From a virus (taxonomy: Duplodnaviria > Caudoviricetes): a stretch of 36,016 nucleotides of DNA. A model generated the notes under the pieces. That model did no database searches, had not been told where the DNA came from, and was given only the letters and a program-made list of their open reading frames with translations. The stretch spans positions 1 through 36,016 of the IMG/VR virus record IMGVR_UViG_3300034053_000055; one strand, written 5' to 3'. The position numbers and the translations under genes are program-made. This document shows positions 1 to 9,958 of the stretch, piece after piece (the first letter of the stretch is position 1; each line of letters begins with the position of its first letter).

Positions 1-1
1 G

Positions 2-535
2 GCGCGCGCCGCCCGGGCCCGCCTGCCGGAAGGGCCGCTGGTCGTCGTCAATCCCTGCGGCAGCGGCCCGGCCAAAACCTGGCCGCACGCCCGGGCCTTT
101 CTCGAACGCATGGCCGCCGCCCGCATCCCCACCGTGGTCCTCGGCGACACCCGCGACCTCGACCTGCAGGACATCGAGCCTTATGTCCTTGTCGTCGGCA
201 CGGCCTGGCCGATCCGCGCGGCCATGGCCTTCGCCCAGTGCGCCGATGTCGTCGTCGGCACGGAAAGCAGCATCCTCAACAGCGTCGCCAGCCTGCCCTC
301 GCTCAAGGTGGCGCTGCTCTCGCACAGCAGCGCCGAGAACCTGACCAAGCACTGGACGAACACCGCCGCCATCGAGCCGCAGGGCGTGGCCTGCCACCCC
401 TGCCATCGCGTGCATGGCGCGCACCTTGGCTTCTGCAGCCGCGACACCCACAGCGGCGCCGCCGCCTGCATGGCCAGCGCCGGCCCGGACCTGGTCGCCG
501 ACTTCATCCTCGACCGCCTGAAGGCCGCCGCATGA
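2..535 (+). CDS. C-terminal part of glycosyltransferase family 9-like domain (continuation of the gene starting at 35061)
   Basis: Open frame from base 2: VVVNPCGSGPAKTWP...AQCADVVVGTESSILN...CHPCH, typical of the heptosyltransferase-like GT9 C-domain. In frame with the ORF running off the right end. Confidence 0.75.
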   Translation, partial: ARAARARLPEGPLVVVNPCGSGPAKTWPHARAFLERMAAARIPTVVLGDTRDLDLQDIEPYVLVVGTAWPIRAAMAFAQCADVVVGTESSILNSVASLPSLKVALLSHSSAENLTKHWTNTAAIEPQGVACHPCHRVHGAHLGFCSRDTHSGAAACMASAGPDLVADFILDRLKAAA

Positions 536-810
536 CCCCCGCCCTCGCCGCCGACCTCGCCGCGCTTTTCTCCGACTTCGGCGTCCCCGCCACGGTCGGG
601 GGCGTGGCTGTCACGGCGATTTTCGACAACAACTACGCCGAGGCGCTGGGCTACACCGCCGGCGCCAAGCCCATGCTGCTGCTCGCCACGGCCGGCGTGC
701 CGGATGTCGCCGCCGGCGATGCCGTCGTGGTCGGCTCGGTCAGCTACACCGTCGCTGGCATCGAGCCGGATGGCACCGGGCTCACCGTCCTGCGCCTGGA
801 GTCGGCATGA
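532..810 (+). CDS. head-tail joining protein (gpFII-like)
   Basis: ATG overlaps the upstream stop (ATGA). 92 aa ending GDAVVVGSVSYTVAGIEPDGTGLTVLRL. Position before tail genes. Confidence 0.7.
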   Translation: MTPALAADLAALFSDFGVPATVGGVAVTAIFDNNYAEALGYTAGAKPMLLLATAGVPDVAAGDAVVVGSVSYTVAGIEPDGTGLTVLRLESA

Positions 811-1247
811 GCCACGTCCGCCAGCAGATCCGCGAAGCGGTGGTCGCGGCCCTCACCGGCCTCGCCACCACCGGCAGCCGGGTTCATGCGTCGCGGCTGC
901 GCCCGCAGGGCGACGCCGGGCTGCCCTGCCTGCTGGTGACGACCGAGTCCGAAGAGGTCGTCGAGACCAGCATCCTCGGCCTGCAGCGCCGCGAGCTGGT
1001 CGTGCAGGTGCGCGGCTACGCCAAGGCCACCGGCGCGCTCGACGACACGCTCGACACCATCGCCGCCGAAGTCGAAACGGCGCTCGGCGCCGACGTCACC
1101 CTCGGCGGCCTGGCCAAGGGCAGCCTGCTGCTCGCGGGCATCGACATCGATTTTGACGACGCGCTGGACAAGCCGGTCGGCGTGGTCGTTTTGCAGTTCA
1201 AGGCCGGCTATTACACCGTCGCCGGCGCACCCGGCGTGCTCGCCTAA
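807..1247 (+). CDS. tail terminator/completion protein (gpU-like)
   Basis: 146 aa, MSHVRQQIREAVVAAL...LDTIAAEVETAL, immediately upstream of the tail tube gene. Confidence 0.7.
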   Translation: MSHVRQQIREAVVAALTGLATTGSRVHASRLRPQGDAGLPCLLVTTESEEVVETSILGLQRRELVVQVRGYAKATGALDDTLDTIAAEVETALGADVTLGGLAKGSLLLAGIDIDFDDALDKPVGVVVLQFKAGYYTVAGAPGVLA

Positions 1248-1269
1248 CCCGCTCTCACAGGAGACAGAC

Positions 1270-1926
1270 ATGCCCACCATCCGCACCCCAGCCGGCACCA
1301 AGATCTACATGGCCTCCGCCGCCGCCGGCACCGCCCAGTCCATCACCGGCATCACCAAGGCCAGCCCCGGCGTCCTCACCTACTCCGGCGCCGACACCTT
1401 CACCAACGGCACCTATGCCGCGCTGTCGTCCATGTTCGGCATGACCGAACTCGAGGATGCGCTGATCCGCGTCGCCAACGTGAACACCGCCGCGAATACC
1501 CTGGAGCTGGAAGACCAGAACACCAGCGCCTACAGCACCTTCGTCAGCGGGAACATCTCGCCCGTCACGCTCGACACCGAGATCGTCACCGCCACCGGCT
1601 TCACCATCTCCGGCGGCGACCAGCAGTTCGCCGAGTACACCTACCTGTGGGACAAGATCACCCGCAAGCAGCCGACCACGAAGTCTGGCATGACCATCGA
1701 GGTCCCGGCGATCTGGGACCCGCAGGATGCGTCGTCCATCGCCATCCTCGCCGCTTCCGACGCCTCGGCCAAGCGCGGCTTCAAGGTCGTCCTGCCCGAT
1801 GGCCTGGAGATCCTGTTCTTCGGCTATATCGGCTCCAGCGGCCTGCCGCGCGTCGACAACATCAACAGCGTCATGCAGACGACCTTCACGATCGCCGCCG
1901 CGAGCCGCGTCCGGTACGTCTACTAA
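1270..1926 (+). CDS. major tail tube protein
   Basis: AGGAG RBS before ATG 1270. ITGITKASPGV and FKVVLPDG..ILFFGY motifs of siphophage tail tubes. Followed by chaperones and tape measure. Confidence 0.8.
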   Translation: MPTIRTPAGTKIYMASAAAGTAQSITGITKASPGVLTYSGADTFTNGTYAALSSMFGMTELEDALIRVANVNTAANTLELEDQNTSAYSTFVSGNISPVTLDTEIVTATGFTISGGDQQFAEYTYLWDKITRKQPTTKSGMTIEVPAIWDPQDASSIAILAASDASAKRGFKVVLPDGLEILFFGYIGSSGLPRVDNINSVMQTTFTIAAASRVRYVY

Positions 1927-2025
1927 GCCGTTTTGCCGGCGGCAGCGGACCTCCCGCCGCCAGTGTCGCGCCCACCTCACGCGACCGCCGCCGGCTCCCT
2001 GTTGAGGTGACCGCATGAGGTGACC

Positions 2026-2337
2026 ATGTTCAAGATCGACCCGAATCCGACCTTCGAGGTGCGCGTCGCCGGCTTCGTGCCGGGCCGCCCCACCGATGGC
2101 CTGACCGTCAAGTACCGCTACCAGAACGGCGAGCAGTTCCAGGCCTGGCTGCAGTCCTTCGCCGACAAGACCGTCGAGGACCTGCTGCTCGACATCATCG
2201 ACGGCTGGCGCGACGCCCCGCGCGAATTCAGCCGCGAGGCCCTGCAGGATGTCTGCAAGGCCTACCCGGCCTTCGCCACCGCCCTGATCGACGCCTACCG
2301 CGGCGAGCTGTTCGAGGCCAAGCGAAAAAACTCCTAG
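2026..2337 (+). CDS. tail assembly chaperone (gpG-like)
   Basis: MFKIDPNPTF...EAKRKNS, between tail tube and tape measure, ending in a slippery site. Confidence 0.8.
   Translation: MFKIDPNPTFEVRVAGFVPGRPTDGLTVKYRYQNGEQFQAWLQSFADKTVEDLLLDIIDGWRDAPREFSREALQDVCKAYPAFATALIDAYRGELFEAKRKNS
2325..2331 (+). other. programmed -1 frameshift site A_AAA_AAC
   Basis: X_XXY_YYZ heptamer just before the gpG stop. The -1 frame stays open to 2660. Confidence 0.8.
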
Positions 2338-2660
2338 AGGCCGCGCGATGCCTGTACACGCCCAGCAACGCGCAGCAGACGGCCTCGGAACTCCTGGGCC
2401 TGCCGGTGGAACGCGCCGCCGGCTTTGCCGCCGCGCCGCTGGGCATCTGGCCGGGCAACTGGAAAACCGTCCTGCTCTTCGCGGCCCTGGGCACGCAGTG
2501 GCGGGCCGGCATGGCCGGCCCGGTGGGGCTGGACTACGCCGTGCTGCCCATGGTGGCGCGGCAGCTGCGCATCCGCCTGAAGCGCAGCCGTTTCGCCGCC
2601 CTGCAGGCCATGGAGGCGGAAGTGCTGCGGATCTTCAAGGAGCGGCGTAGCGATGGCTGA
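2331..2660 (+). CDS. tail assembly chaperone gpT-like portion (DUF1799-like), made as a G-T frameshift fusion
   Basis: IWPGNWKTVLLFAALGTQWR..GPVGLDYAVL motif in the -1 frame after the slippery site. Confidence 0.75.
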   Translation, partial: LLEAARCLYTPSNAQQTASELLGLPVERAAGFAAAPLGIWPGNWKTVLLFAALGTQWRAGMAGPVGLDYAVLPMVARQLRIRLKRSRFAALQAMEAEVLRIFKERRSDG

Positions 2661-5600
2661 GAACAGCACCAAGATCGTCATCAGCGCGGAAGACCGCGCC
2701 AGCGGCACGCTGAAGGGCATCGGCGCGCACATGGGCGGCCTGAGCGGCGCCGCCGCCGCCGCCAACGCCGCCCTGGCCTCCCTCTCCGCCGGCGCCGCCC
2801 TGGCCGGCCTCGCCGCCACCGCCAAGGCCGCCATCGACGCCGCCGACAACCTCAACGACCTGAGCCAGAAGACCGGTATCGCCATCAAGGACCTCGTCGC
2901 CTACAAGCTGGCGGCCGAGCAGTCGGGGACCTCGCTGGATGTCGTCGCCAAGGGCATGAAGGCGCTGGCGGTCGGCATGATTGAGAACAAGGACGCGCTG
3001 ACCGCTGCCGGAATCACCGCCAAGGACACCAGTGGCGCCATGCGCCAGCTCGCCGAGCTGTTCAGCCAGATGCCGGACGGCGCGGAGAAAGCGGCCATCG
3101 CCACCAAACTGCTCGGCAAGGCCGGCACGGACCTGATCCCGCTGCTAAATCTGGGCACGAAGGGGCTCAATGACTCTGCCGAAGCCTCGGCGCGCTACGG
3201 TGCCGCCATGGCCGCCCTGGCGCCGCGGGCAGATAAGTTCAACGACGACATGAGCGCCCTATCGCTCAATATGCAGGCGATCGGCGCGGAGTTGGCGCAG
3301 GCGGTCGCGCCAGCGTTGAATGTGCTTGCCGAGGAAATGCTGGCGGCCAGCAAGGAAACGACCGGGTTGTCGACCCAAGCCAGCGTCCTGAAAACCGTTT
3401 TCGAGACAGTGGTGGTCCTCGGTGCCAATGTTGCCTACGTTCTAACGGGCATCGGGAAAGAGATTGGTGGCGTGGCCGCGCAGATGGCGGCCCTGGCGCG
3501 ATTCGACTTTAAGGGCTTTGTCGACATTCATCGGTGGATGGAAGAGGACGCCGCGCGCGCGCGGAAGGAAATCGACGCCCTGAGCGAGCGGCTGCTCAAT
3601 CCGCCGGCGATGAAGTCGGAGCAGAAAAGCGCCCCCTCCGACGACCTGCTGCGCCGCTTGGAGGAACTGAAAAAACGCCTGGCCGGCGCCGGAACTGCCA
3701 GCAAAACCGCCCGCGATGCCTACGAGGAACTGCTGACGCGCCTCAACGCCAAGGACGCTGGAATCGACGCGGGGTTCTTCAAGGACCTGCAGACCTTGCA
3801 GGCCGGCTTCGCCAAGCATGGCGACCTGGCCCGGCATCAGGCCGAGGTGCAGAAACTGGTCGAGACGCAGGGCTACTACAAGGACGCGCTGAAGGCGACC
3901 GCCAAGGCCGAGGAGGACTGGCAGAAGAGCGTCGAGAAGGCCCGCCAGGCCGTCGATGACGAGATCCGCAAGCTGGAGGAGCGCGCCAGCGCCGCCGAAG
4001 GGGAACTGGAGACCTACGGCAAGACCAAGAGCGAGATCGAGGCGCTGATCATCGCCCGGCTGGAAGAGCAGAAGGCCATGACCATGGGCCTCGATTCGCA
4101 GGAGGAACTGGTCGCCAATCTCGAAAAGGAGATCGCCGCCCGCAAGCGCGCCCGCGCCGCCTTCGCCGGCGTCGAGGCCAAGGACGCCGCCAAGAAGGCG
4201 GCCGAGGATGCCGCCCGCGCCTGGGAGGACTTCGCCCGCGACATCGAGCAGTCGCTGACGGACGCCCTCATGCGCAGCTTCGAGGCCGGTGACGACTTCG
4301 GCCGCGCCTTCGCCAAGAACCTGGAAAACATCTTCAAGACCATGATCCTCAAGTTCGCCATCCAGGCCACCATTGGTGGCGCCGGGCAGCTGCTCGGCAT
4401 CCAGACCTCGGCCGGCGCGACGAATGCCTTCAGCACGGCCGCCAACCTGTGGTCCACCGGCAGCGGCCTCTACCAGGGCTGGACCGGCCTGACGACCGGC
4501 GGCGGCCAGGGCGCCTGGGGGCAGGCCGGCAACTGGCTGGGCAACCAACTCGGCACCTACCCGACGGCCGGCGGCTCGCTCAATGCGTCGGCGGTCAACT
4601 ATACGAACAGCATGGACCTCGCCAGCGACGGCGCCGGCAGCATGTCCGGCTCGATGGCCGGGCTTGGCTACATGGCCGCCTTCATGGCCGTCGGCATCGC
4701 GCTCGGTGAGTGGTTGGACTCCAAGGCTGGCGGCGTCAAAACAGAGGGCGACGCTTTTATGACTGTTGGTGACGACGGCCCAACCTTTGCCGACCGCTTC
4801 GTCACCGGCTCTGACATGTTTTCCGGCAATACCGGCGTCGCGTTCGTGGATGTCAACGGCAACCCGGCCGGCGAGACGACGAGCTTCTACAGCGAGGCCA
4901 ACGGCTTCACCGACTACCTCTACAACACCGTCACCCGCCGGGTGTCGGATCAACTCACCGACCTGCTGACGCCGTTCAGCGGCGCGGTGCGCGACTTCAT
5001 CGGCGAGCTCGGCGGCGATGCCTCCGGCCTGGCCTTCGCGCTGGGTTATTCGGCCGATGCGCAGGGCAAGGCGGGCGTGACGCTGGGCTCCGGCGTGGCC
5101 GGCGCCGATGGTGTGCAAATCTACGGAGGAAACAAGAGCGTCAGCGGTGACCTTGGCGCCGAACTGAACCTCGAACTGCAGCGCATGCTCCTCGCCTCGA
5201 TCAAGGCGGCCGACGTGTCGAGCCTGTTCAAGGACGCCCTTGCCGGCGTGGACATTGCCGCGCTCGACGGCGAGGGTATCGCCAAGATGTTCAGCAACAT
5301 CGGCCTGCTCAAGCAGGCCTTCGACCAGTTCGAGGACCTGTTCCCGGACCAGGGCGGCCTGACCAGTGGCCTGCTGAAGGCCATGGGCGGCATGGAGGCC
5401 ATGCAGGCATCGCTCGCCACCTACTACGACGTGGCCTACAGCGCCGAGGAAAAGCAGGCGATGCTGCGCCGCGACCTGGAGGACCAGTTCGCCGCGCTCA
5501 ACGTCGCCATGCCAGATTCCGTCGCCAGCCTGCGCGCCCTGGTGGAAGCGCAGGACCTCTCGACCGAATCCGGCCGCGCCCTGTTCGCCGCCCTCATCAA

Positions 5601-6906
5601 GCTCGCGCCAGCCCTGGCGCAGGTGACCGACTCGGCCAGCGGCCTGCAGGACCCCGTGCAGGCCGCCCTGGCCGGCGTCGATCGCGCCGTGCGCGCCGAG
5701 AAGGACCGCCTGCAGTCGGCCTACGAGGCGAACATCGACAGCCTCGACCAGCGCCTGGCCGCATCCGGCAGCCGCTACGACACCCTGCAATCGCTGGCGC
5801 AGACCCTGACCGGCGCGCTGGGTGGCATGGGCGCGGATTCGCCGCTCACCCTGGCCCTGCGCCGGCAGGCACAGGCGCAGCTCGGCGGCATGGCCGCCAT
5901 GGCCCGCGCCGGAGGCGTCCTGCCGACCCCCGACGCCCTGCAGCCGCTGCTCGCCACCCTGGGTCGTCCGGCCGGCGACCTCTACGCCAGCCGCGTCGAT
6001 TTCCTGCGCGAGCAGGCGCAGACGCGCGCCGCGCTGCTCGGCCTCTCGCAGGTCACCGACAGCGCACTGACCATCGAGGAGCAGACCCTGGCCGAGCTCA
6101 AAGCCAGCCGCGAGGCCGCCGAGCGCGGCTACCGCGAACAGGTCGACACCCTCGACGCGCAGCTCGCCGCCGCCCGCGACCAGGTGGACATCCTCGCCGG
6201 CATCGACAAGAGCGTGCTGTCGGTGCGCGATGCCATCGCCGCCCTGGAGGCCGCCATCACCGGCAAAAAGGGCGCTGCTGCGGCAACGGCCGCGAAGCCA
6301 ACGACGGCCACCACCGGCCCGGCCTCCGTCTTCGGCCCCGGCGGTGGCGCTGCGCCGGTCGCCGAATTCCGCGAGCAGTTCAACCTGCTCGGCACGCCGT
6401 ACTTCCGCGACGTGACCGACCCGACGGCCATCTCGCGCTACCGCGACATCGCCGCCTACGTCCGCGAGCATTACGACCCCGCCGACCCGGCGACGGTGCG
6501 CAGCATCGCCGCCGCGGCGGACCAGTACGACGTGAGCCAGCGCGACATCGCCACCGCACTGGGCGTCGATCCCGACTACGTGCGCAAGATCTTCGAGCAG
6601 GCCGGCATCCCCGCCTTCGCGGCCGGCGGCGACCACCTGGGCGGCCTGCGCATCGTCGGCGAGCGCGGCCCGGAACTGGAGGTCGTCGGCCCGGCGCGAA
6701 TCTTTAATTTCGACCAGATGCGCGGGCTGCTCCAGGGCGAAGACCTCGCCGCCGAACTGCGGGCCGTGCGCGCCGAACTGGCCGCCCTGCGCGCCGAGAA
6801 CGGTGCCGAGAACCGCAGCATTTCCGCCGCCACGGCCAAGACCGCCCGCCTGCTCGACCGCGTGATCCCGGACGGCGACGCCCTGGCCGTGAGGACCGCC
6901 GCATGA
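2653..6906 (+). CDS. tail tape measure protein
   Basis: 1417 aa, Ala-rich and helical. N-terminal KIVISAEDRAS, C-terminal PAFAAGG..GGLRIVGERGPELEV. Confidence 0.9.
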   Translation: MAENSTKIVISAEDRASGTLKGIGAHMGGLSGAAAAANAALASLSAGAALAGLAATAKAAIDAADNLNDLSQKTGIAIKDLVAYKLAAEQSGTSLDVVAKGMKALAVGMIENKDALTAAGITAKDTSGAMRQLAELFSQMPDGAEKAAIATKLLGKAGTDLIPLLNLGTKGLNDSAEASARYGAAMAALAPRADKFNDDMSALSLNMQAIGAELAQAVAPALNVLAEEMLAASKETTGLSTQASVLKTVFETVVVLGANVAYVLTGIGKEIGGVAAQMAALARFDFKGFVDIHRWMEEDAARARKEIDALSERLLNPPAMKSEQKSAPSDDLLRRLEELKKRLAGAGTASKTARDAYEELLTRLNAKDAGIDAGFFKDLQTLQAGFAKHGDLARHQAEVQKLVETQGYYKDALKATAKAEEDWQKSVEKARQAVDDEIRKLEERASAAEGELETYGKTKSEIEALIIARLEEQKAMTMGLDSQEELVANLEKEIAARKRARAAFAGVEAKDAAKKAAEDAARAWEDFARDIEQSLTDALMRSFEAGDDFGRAFAKNLENIFKTMILKFAIQATIGGAGQLLGIQTSAGATNAFSTAANLWSTGSGLYQGWTGLTTGGGQGAWGQAGNWLGNQLGTYPTAGGSLNASAVNYTNSMDLASDGAGSMSGSMAGLGYMAAFMAVGIALGEWLDSKAGGVKTEGDAFMTVGDDGPTFADRFVTGSDMFSGNTGVAFVDVNGNPAGETTSFYSEANGFTDYLYNTVTRRVSDQLTDLLTPFSGAVRDFIGELGGDASGLAFALGYSADAQGKAGVTLGSGVAGADGVQIYGGNKSVSGDLGAELNLELQRMLLASIKAADVSSLFKDALAGVDIAALDGEGIAKMFSNIGLLKQAFDQFEDLFPDQGGLTSGLLKAMGGMEAMQASLATYYDVAYSAEEKQAMLRRDLEDQFAALNVAMPDSVASLRALVEAQDLSTESGRALFAALIKLAPALAQVTDSASGLQDPVQAALAGVDRAVRAEKDRLQSAYEANIDSLDQRLAASGSRYDTLQSLAQTLTGALGGMGADSPLTLALRRQAQAQLGGMAAMARAGGVLPTPDALQPLLATLGRPAGDLYASRVDFLREQAQTRAALLGLSQVTDSALTIEEQTLAELKASREAAERGYREQVDTLDAQLAAARDQVDILAGIDKSVLSVRDAIAALEAAITGKKGAAAATAAKPTTATTGPASVFGPGGGAAPVAEFREQFNLLGTPYFRDVTDPTAISRYRDIAAYVREHYDPADPATVRSIAAAADQYDVSQRDIATALGVDPDYVRKIFEQAGIPAFAAGGDHLGGLRIVGERGPELEVVGPARIFNFDQMRGLLQGEDLAAELRAVRAELAALRAENGAENRSISAATAKTARLLDRVIPDGDALAVRTAA

Positions 6907-7811
6907 CGACCACCACCCGCCTGCTGCGGCCGCTGACCATCACCGACGCGATGCTCAACAGCAGCACCGCGCCGGAGAACGACCACGCCGCCTGGTCCGG
7001 CGCCACCACCTACGCAGCCGGCGACCGCTGCATCAAGACCAGCACCCACCGCATCTACGAGAGCGCCCAGGCCGCCAACCTCAACCACGACCCGGCGACC
7101 GACGACGGCACCTGGTGGCTCGACGTGGGGCCGACCAACCGCTGGGCCATGTTCGACCAGGCCGTCGGCAGCCAGACCAGCCAGGCGACGCCGCTGACGG
7201 TCGAGATCGAGCCGGGCGCCGTCATCGCCGGCCTGGCGCTGCTCGACGTGGAGGCGGCCACCGCCACCATCACGATGACCAGCGTGGCCGGCGGCGGCAC
7301 GGTCTATTCCGCCACGCACGACATGATCGACGGCGCCGACCTGCTCGACTGGTACGCCTACTTCTTCGACGACATCGTGCCGCGCGACACCCTGATCATC
7401 GATGACCTGCCGGCCTACGCCGACGGCATCCTCACCGTCGCCCTGGTGGCGGCGACCACCGCGCGCTGCGGCACCCTGGCCATCGGCAGCCTCGCCGAGA
7501 TCGGCCAGCCGCTGGCTGGCGCCGGCATCGGCATTATTGACTACAGCCGCAAGACCACGGACGACTGGGGCATCACCACCTTCGTCGAGCGCTCCTTCGC
7601 CAAGCGGATCGAGGTCGGCGTGATGATCGACGCCGCCGCCGTCGACTACGTCGCCCGCGTCCTGGCCGCCGTGCGCGCCACGCCATGCGTCTGGATCGTC
7701 GCGGAGGCGTACAGCAGCCTCGTCCTGTACGGCATCGCCCGCGACTGGGGCATCGACATCGCCTACCCGACGCACGCCGTCGGCCGGCTCACTCTGGAGG
7801 GACTGACCTGA
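6903..7811 (+). CDS. tail tip/distal tail protein with a short carbohydrate-binding-like motif
   Basis: Follows tape measure with ATGA overlap. Contains AWSGATTYAAGDRC..YES (CBM5/12-like). Confidence 0.6.
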   Translation: MTTTTRLLRPLTITDAMLNSSTAPENDHAAWSGATTYAAGDRCIKTSTHRIYESAQAANLNHDPATDDGTWWLDVGPTNRWAMFDQAVGSQTSQATPLTVEIEPGAVIAGLALLDVEAATATITMTSVAGGGTVYSATHDMIDGADLLDWYAYFFDDIVPRDTLIIDDLPAYADGILTVALVAATTARCGTLAIGSLAEIGQPLAGAGIGIIDYSRKTTDDWGITTFVERSFAKRIEVGVMIDAAAVDYVARVLAAVRATPCVWIVAEAYSSLVLYGIARDWGIDIAYPTHAVGRLTLEGLT

Positions 7812-7812
7812 C

Positions 7813-8445
7813 ATGACCACCATCACCGCCCTGCCGGACCCGCCCGACCGCGGCGACCCGACGAATTTCCGCACCCGCGCCGACGATTTTCTCGGCGCGC
7901 TGCCGACCCTTGTGACCGAGATCAACACGGTGGCCGGCGAGATCAACACCGCCAGCGCCGCTGCGGTCACTGCGCAGGCCGCCGCCGAGATCGCCGCCGC
8001 CGACGCGCAGGCTGCAGCCGACGTGACCAAGTGGATCAGCGGCACCACCTACGCGCAGGGCGTCTGCGTCTGGAGCCCGGCCGACTACCAGACCTACCGC
8101 CGCAAGGTGGCCGGCGCCGGCACCACCGATCCGAGCGCCGACGCGACGAACTGGGCGCGCATCCTGTCCCGGTCGGCGCCGTGGACCACGCTGACGGCCT
8201 CCGGGACGCTGACGACGAACTCGAACAACCGCTACGCCACCACCGGGCAGACCTACACCCTGCCCGCAACGGCAAACCTTGCGGATGGCGACGAAGTGCT
8301 GCTGGTCAATACCGGCAGCGACCTGACCAACATTGCCGCCGCCAACAGCGGGCAGACCATCGTCGGCGTCGCCAGCCGGACGCTGGACGCCCCGGTGGTG
8401 CGGCTCAAGTGGTGCGCAGGACTGACTGACTGGAGGGCGGTATGA
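7813..8445 (+). CDS. putative tail fibre/tip protein
   Basis: 210 aa with WISGTTYAQG...TDPSADATNW motif, in the tail module. Confidence 0.55.
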   Translation: MTTITALPDPPDRGDPTNFRTRADDFLGALPTLVTEINTVAGEINTASAAAVTAQAAAEIAAADAQAAADVTKWISGTTYAQGVCVWSPADYQTYRRKVAGAGTTDPSADATNWARILSRSAPWTTLTASGTLTTNSNNRYATTGQTYTLPATANLADGDEVLLVNTGSDLTNIAAANSGQTIVGVASRTLDAPVVRLKWCAGLTDWRAV

Positions 8446-8735
8446 GCGGATTTTTGGAACTGGGCGGCGGGCGAATCAAGAGCATCCAGCGGGGGACGAT
8501 CACCGTCGGCCCAACGGGCGGCGGCAGTAGCATTTCATCGGCCACGGCGACGATTACGGCCGTTGACACCGCAAAAAGCATCATCAGCTTCCTCGGCGTT
8601 ACGGCCGGCAGTGGCGGCGGTGGTGGCGATGCCCGCGTCGAGCTGACCAATGGAACGACCGTGACCGCGAAATGCCAGTCCTATGGCGTCGTCACCACGG
8701 TCATCGTTGGCTACCAGGTCGTGGAGTACTACTAA
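8442..8735 (+). CDS. small tail-associated protein
   Basis: IKSIQRGTITV...YQVVEYY, beta-rich, translationally coupled. Confidence 0.55.
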   Translation: MSGFLELGGGRIKSIQRGTITVGPTGGGSSISSATATITAVDTAKSIISFLGVTAGSGGGGGDARVELTNGTTVTAKCQSYGVVTTVIVGYQVVEYY

Positions 8736-9100
8736 TGCCCTACGCCCAACTCGCCGCCAACAACATCGCCCAGGCCGTCACCGACCAGGCCATCCCCGGC
8801 AGCATCCCCTGCGAATGGTCCGACATCGGCCGCCACTGGACCGGTGCCGCTTTCGAGGACGTGCCGCCCGGCCCGCCGGCATCCATCACCCCCCGGCAAT
8901 TCCGCCTGGCCCTCAACGCCACCGGCCTGCGCGCCGCCGTCGATGCCGCGGTGGCCGCCGCCGACCAGGACACCCGCGACACCTACGAGTACGCGACCGA
9001 GTTCCGTCGCAGCGACCCGGTGCTGCTCGCCATGGCCGCCGCGCTCGGCAAGACCGAGGCCGAGATCGACGCGCTGTTCGCGCTCGGGGCGACCTTGTGA
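8735..9100 (+). CDS. tail fibre assembly-like hypothetical protein
   Basis: TAATG coupling. SITPRQFRLAL...EYATEFRRSDP...IDALF motif common beside tail fibres. Confidence 0.6.
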   Translation: MPYAQLAANNIAQAVTDQAIPGSIPCEWSDIGRHWTGAAFEDVPPGPPASITPRQFRLALNATGLRAAVDAAVAAADQDTRDTYEYATEFRRSDPVLLAMAAALGKTEAEIDALFALGATL

Positions 9101-9357
9101 AATTCTGGGCGCGGCAGGTGCTGGTCGCCCTCGACCAGCTCATCAACGCCATCCTCGGCGGCTGGGCGGACGAATCGATCAGCGCCCGCGCCTGGCGCTG
9201 CCGGGAACGCTGGCCCTACCGGGCCTATCGCTTCGGCATCGACCTGCTGTTTTTCTGGGACCGCGACCACTGCGAGACGGCCTACCACAGCGAGATCGAG
9301 CGCGCCCAGTTCCCGCCGGAGTACCGGGACCACTTCATGCCGGAGGCGAGGGAGTGA
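9097..9357 (+). CDS. conserved phage hypothetical protein
   Basis: GTGA coupling. ALDQLINAILGGWADESISARAWR...DHC..AY motif. Confidence 0.6.
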   Translation: MKFWARQVLVALDQLINAILGGWADESISARAWRCRERWPYRAYRFGIDLLFFWDRDHCETAYHSEIERAQFPPEYRDHFMPEARE

Positions 9358-9947
9358 CCTACCTGCTCAAAAAACTCCTGCTCGACCTGTTCCTGGCCGC
9401 CACCGCGCCGCTGGTGTTCGCGTTCGTCCCGCGCGAGTGGAACCGGCTGCCGCGCTGGCTGCGCTACTACGAGGACGCCCACTATGGGATCAATGGCGAC
9501 GATCAGTGGATCAATCCCGCTCTCCCCGATCACCCGCCGAACGATGCGGCGGCTCGGGCTTGGCGATGGCGCGTGCGCTGGTCCTGGCGCAACGCCAACA
9601 CCTGGGACGCCGAAGCGGGCCTCGACACCCGGACCGTCGTCCGTGTCGAGTGGGACGGCGACATCGGCATCCGCAACAAACCCGCCCCCGGCCGCTCCGG
9701 CACCTGTCGCATCCGCGCCTGGGACAACCAGGGCCGGCAGTGGGACTGCACCTACACCGTCAGGCAGTGGGGATCAAGTGGCCGCTGCTTGAGGTACTAC
9801 AGGGGCTACAAGTTGATGGACCTCGCCCAGCACGCCGCCCGCACCAGCGGCGACCTGTCTCCGAAGCTGATGGACGAACTGGGCCTGCGGCGCGTCCTTA
9901 ATCGCGTCTGGGCGTGGAATCCCCTGATGGGGTTCGCCCGCGAGTGA
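9354..9947 (+). CDS. hypothetical phage membrane-associated protein
   Basis: GTGA coupling. N-terminal hydrophobic stretch followed by LPRWLRYY...GDDQW...WSWRN. Confidence 0.55.
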   Translation: MTYLLKKLLLDLFLAATAPLVFAFVPREWNRLPRWLRYYEDAHYGINGDDQWINPALPDHPPNDAAARAWRWRVRWSWRNANTWDAEAGLDTRTVVRVEWDGDIGIRNKPAPGRSGTCRIRAWDNQGRQWDCTYTVRQWGSSGRCLRYYRGYKLMDLAQHAARTSGDLSPKLMDELGLRRVLNRVWAWNPLMGFARE

Positions 9948-9958
9948 AGGCAGGAGAT

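Noticed and set aside
3442-6636. 1064-aa minus-strand ORF
   Set aside because: Antisense shadow of the tape measure gene, typical of high-GC DNA, with no motifs
8844-9353. Long N-terminal extension of ORF 8844-9947
   Set aside because: Overlaps two better-supported coupled genes. The real start is probably GTG 9354.
7813-9947. Diversity-generating retroelement or invertible tail-fibre system
   Set aside because: No reverse transcriptase, invertase, or template/variable repeat pair seen
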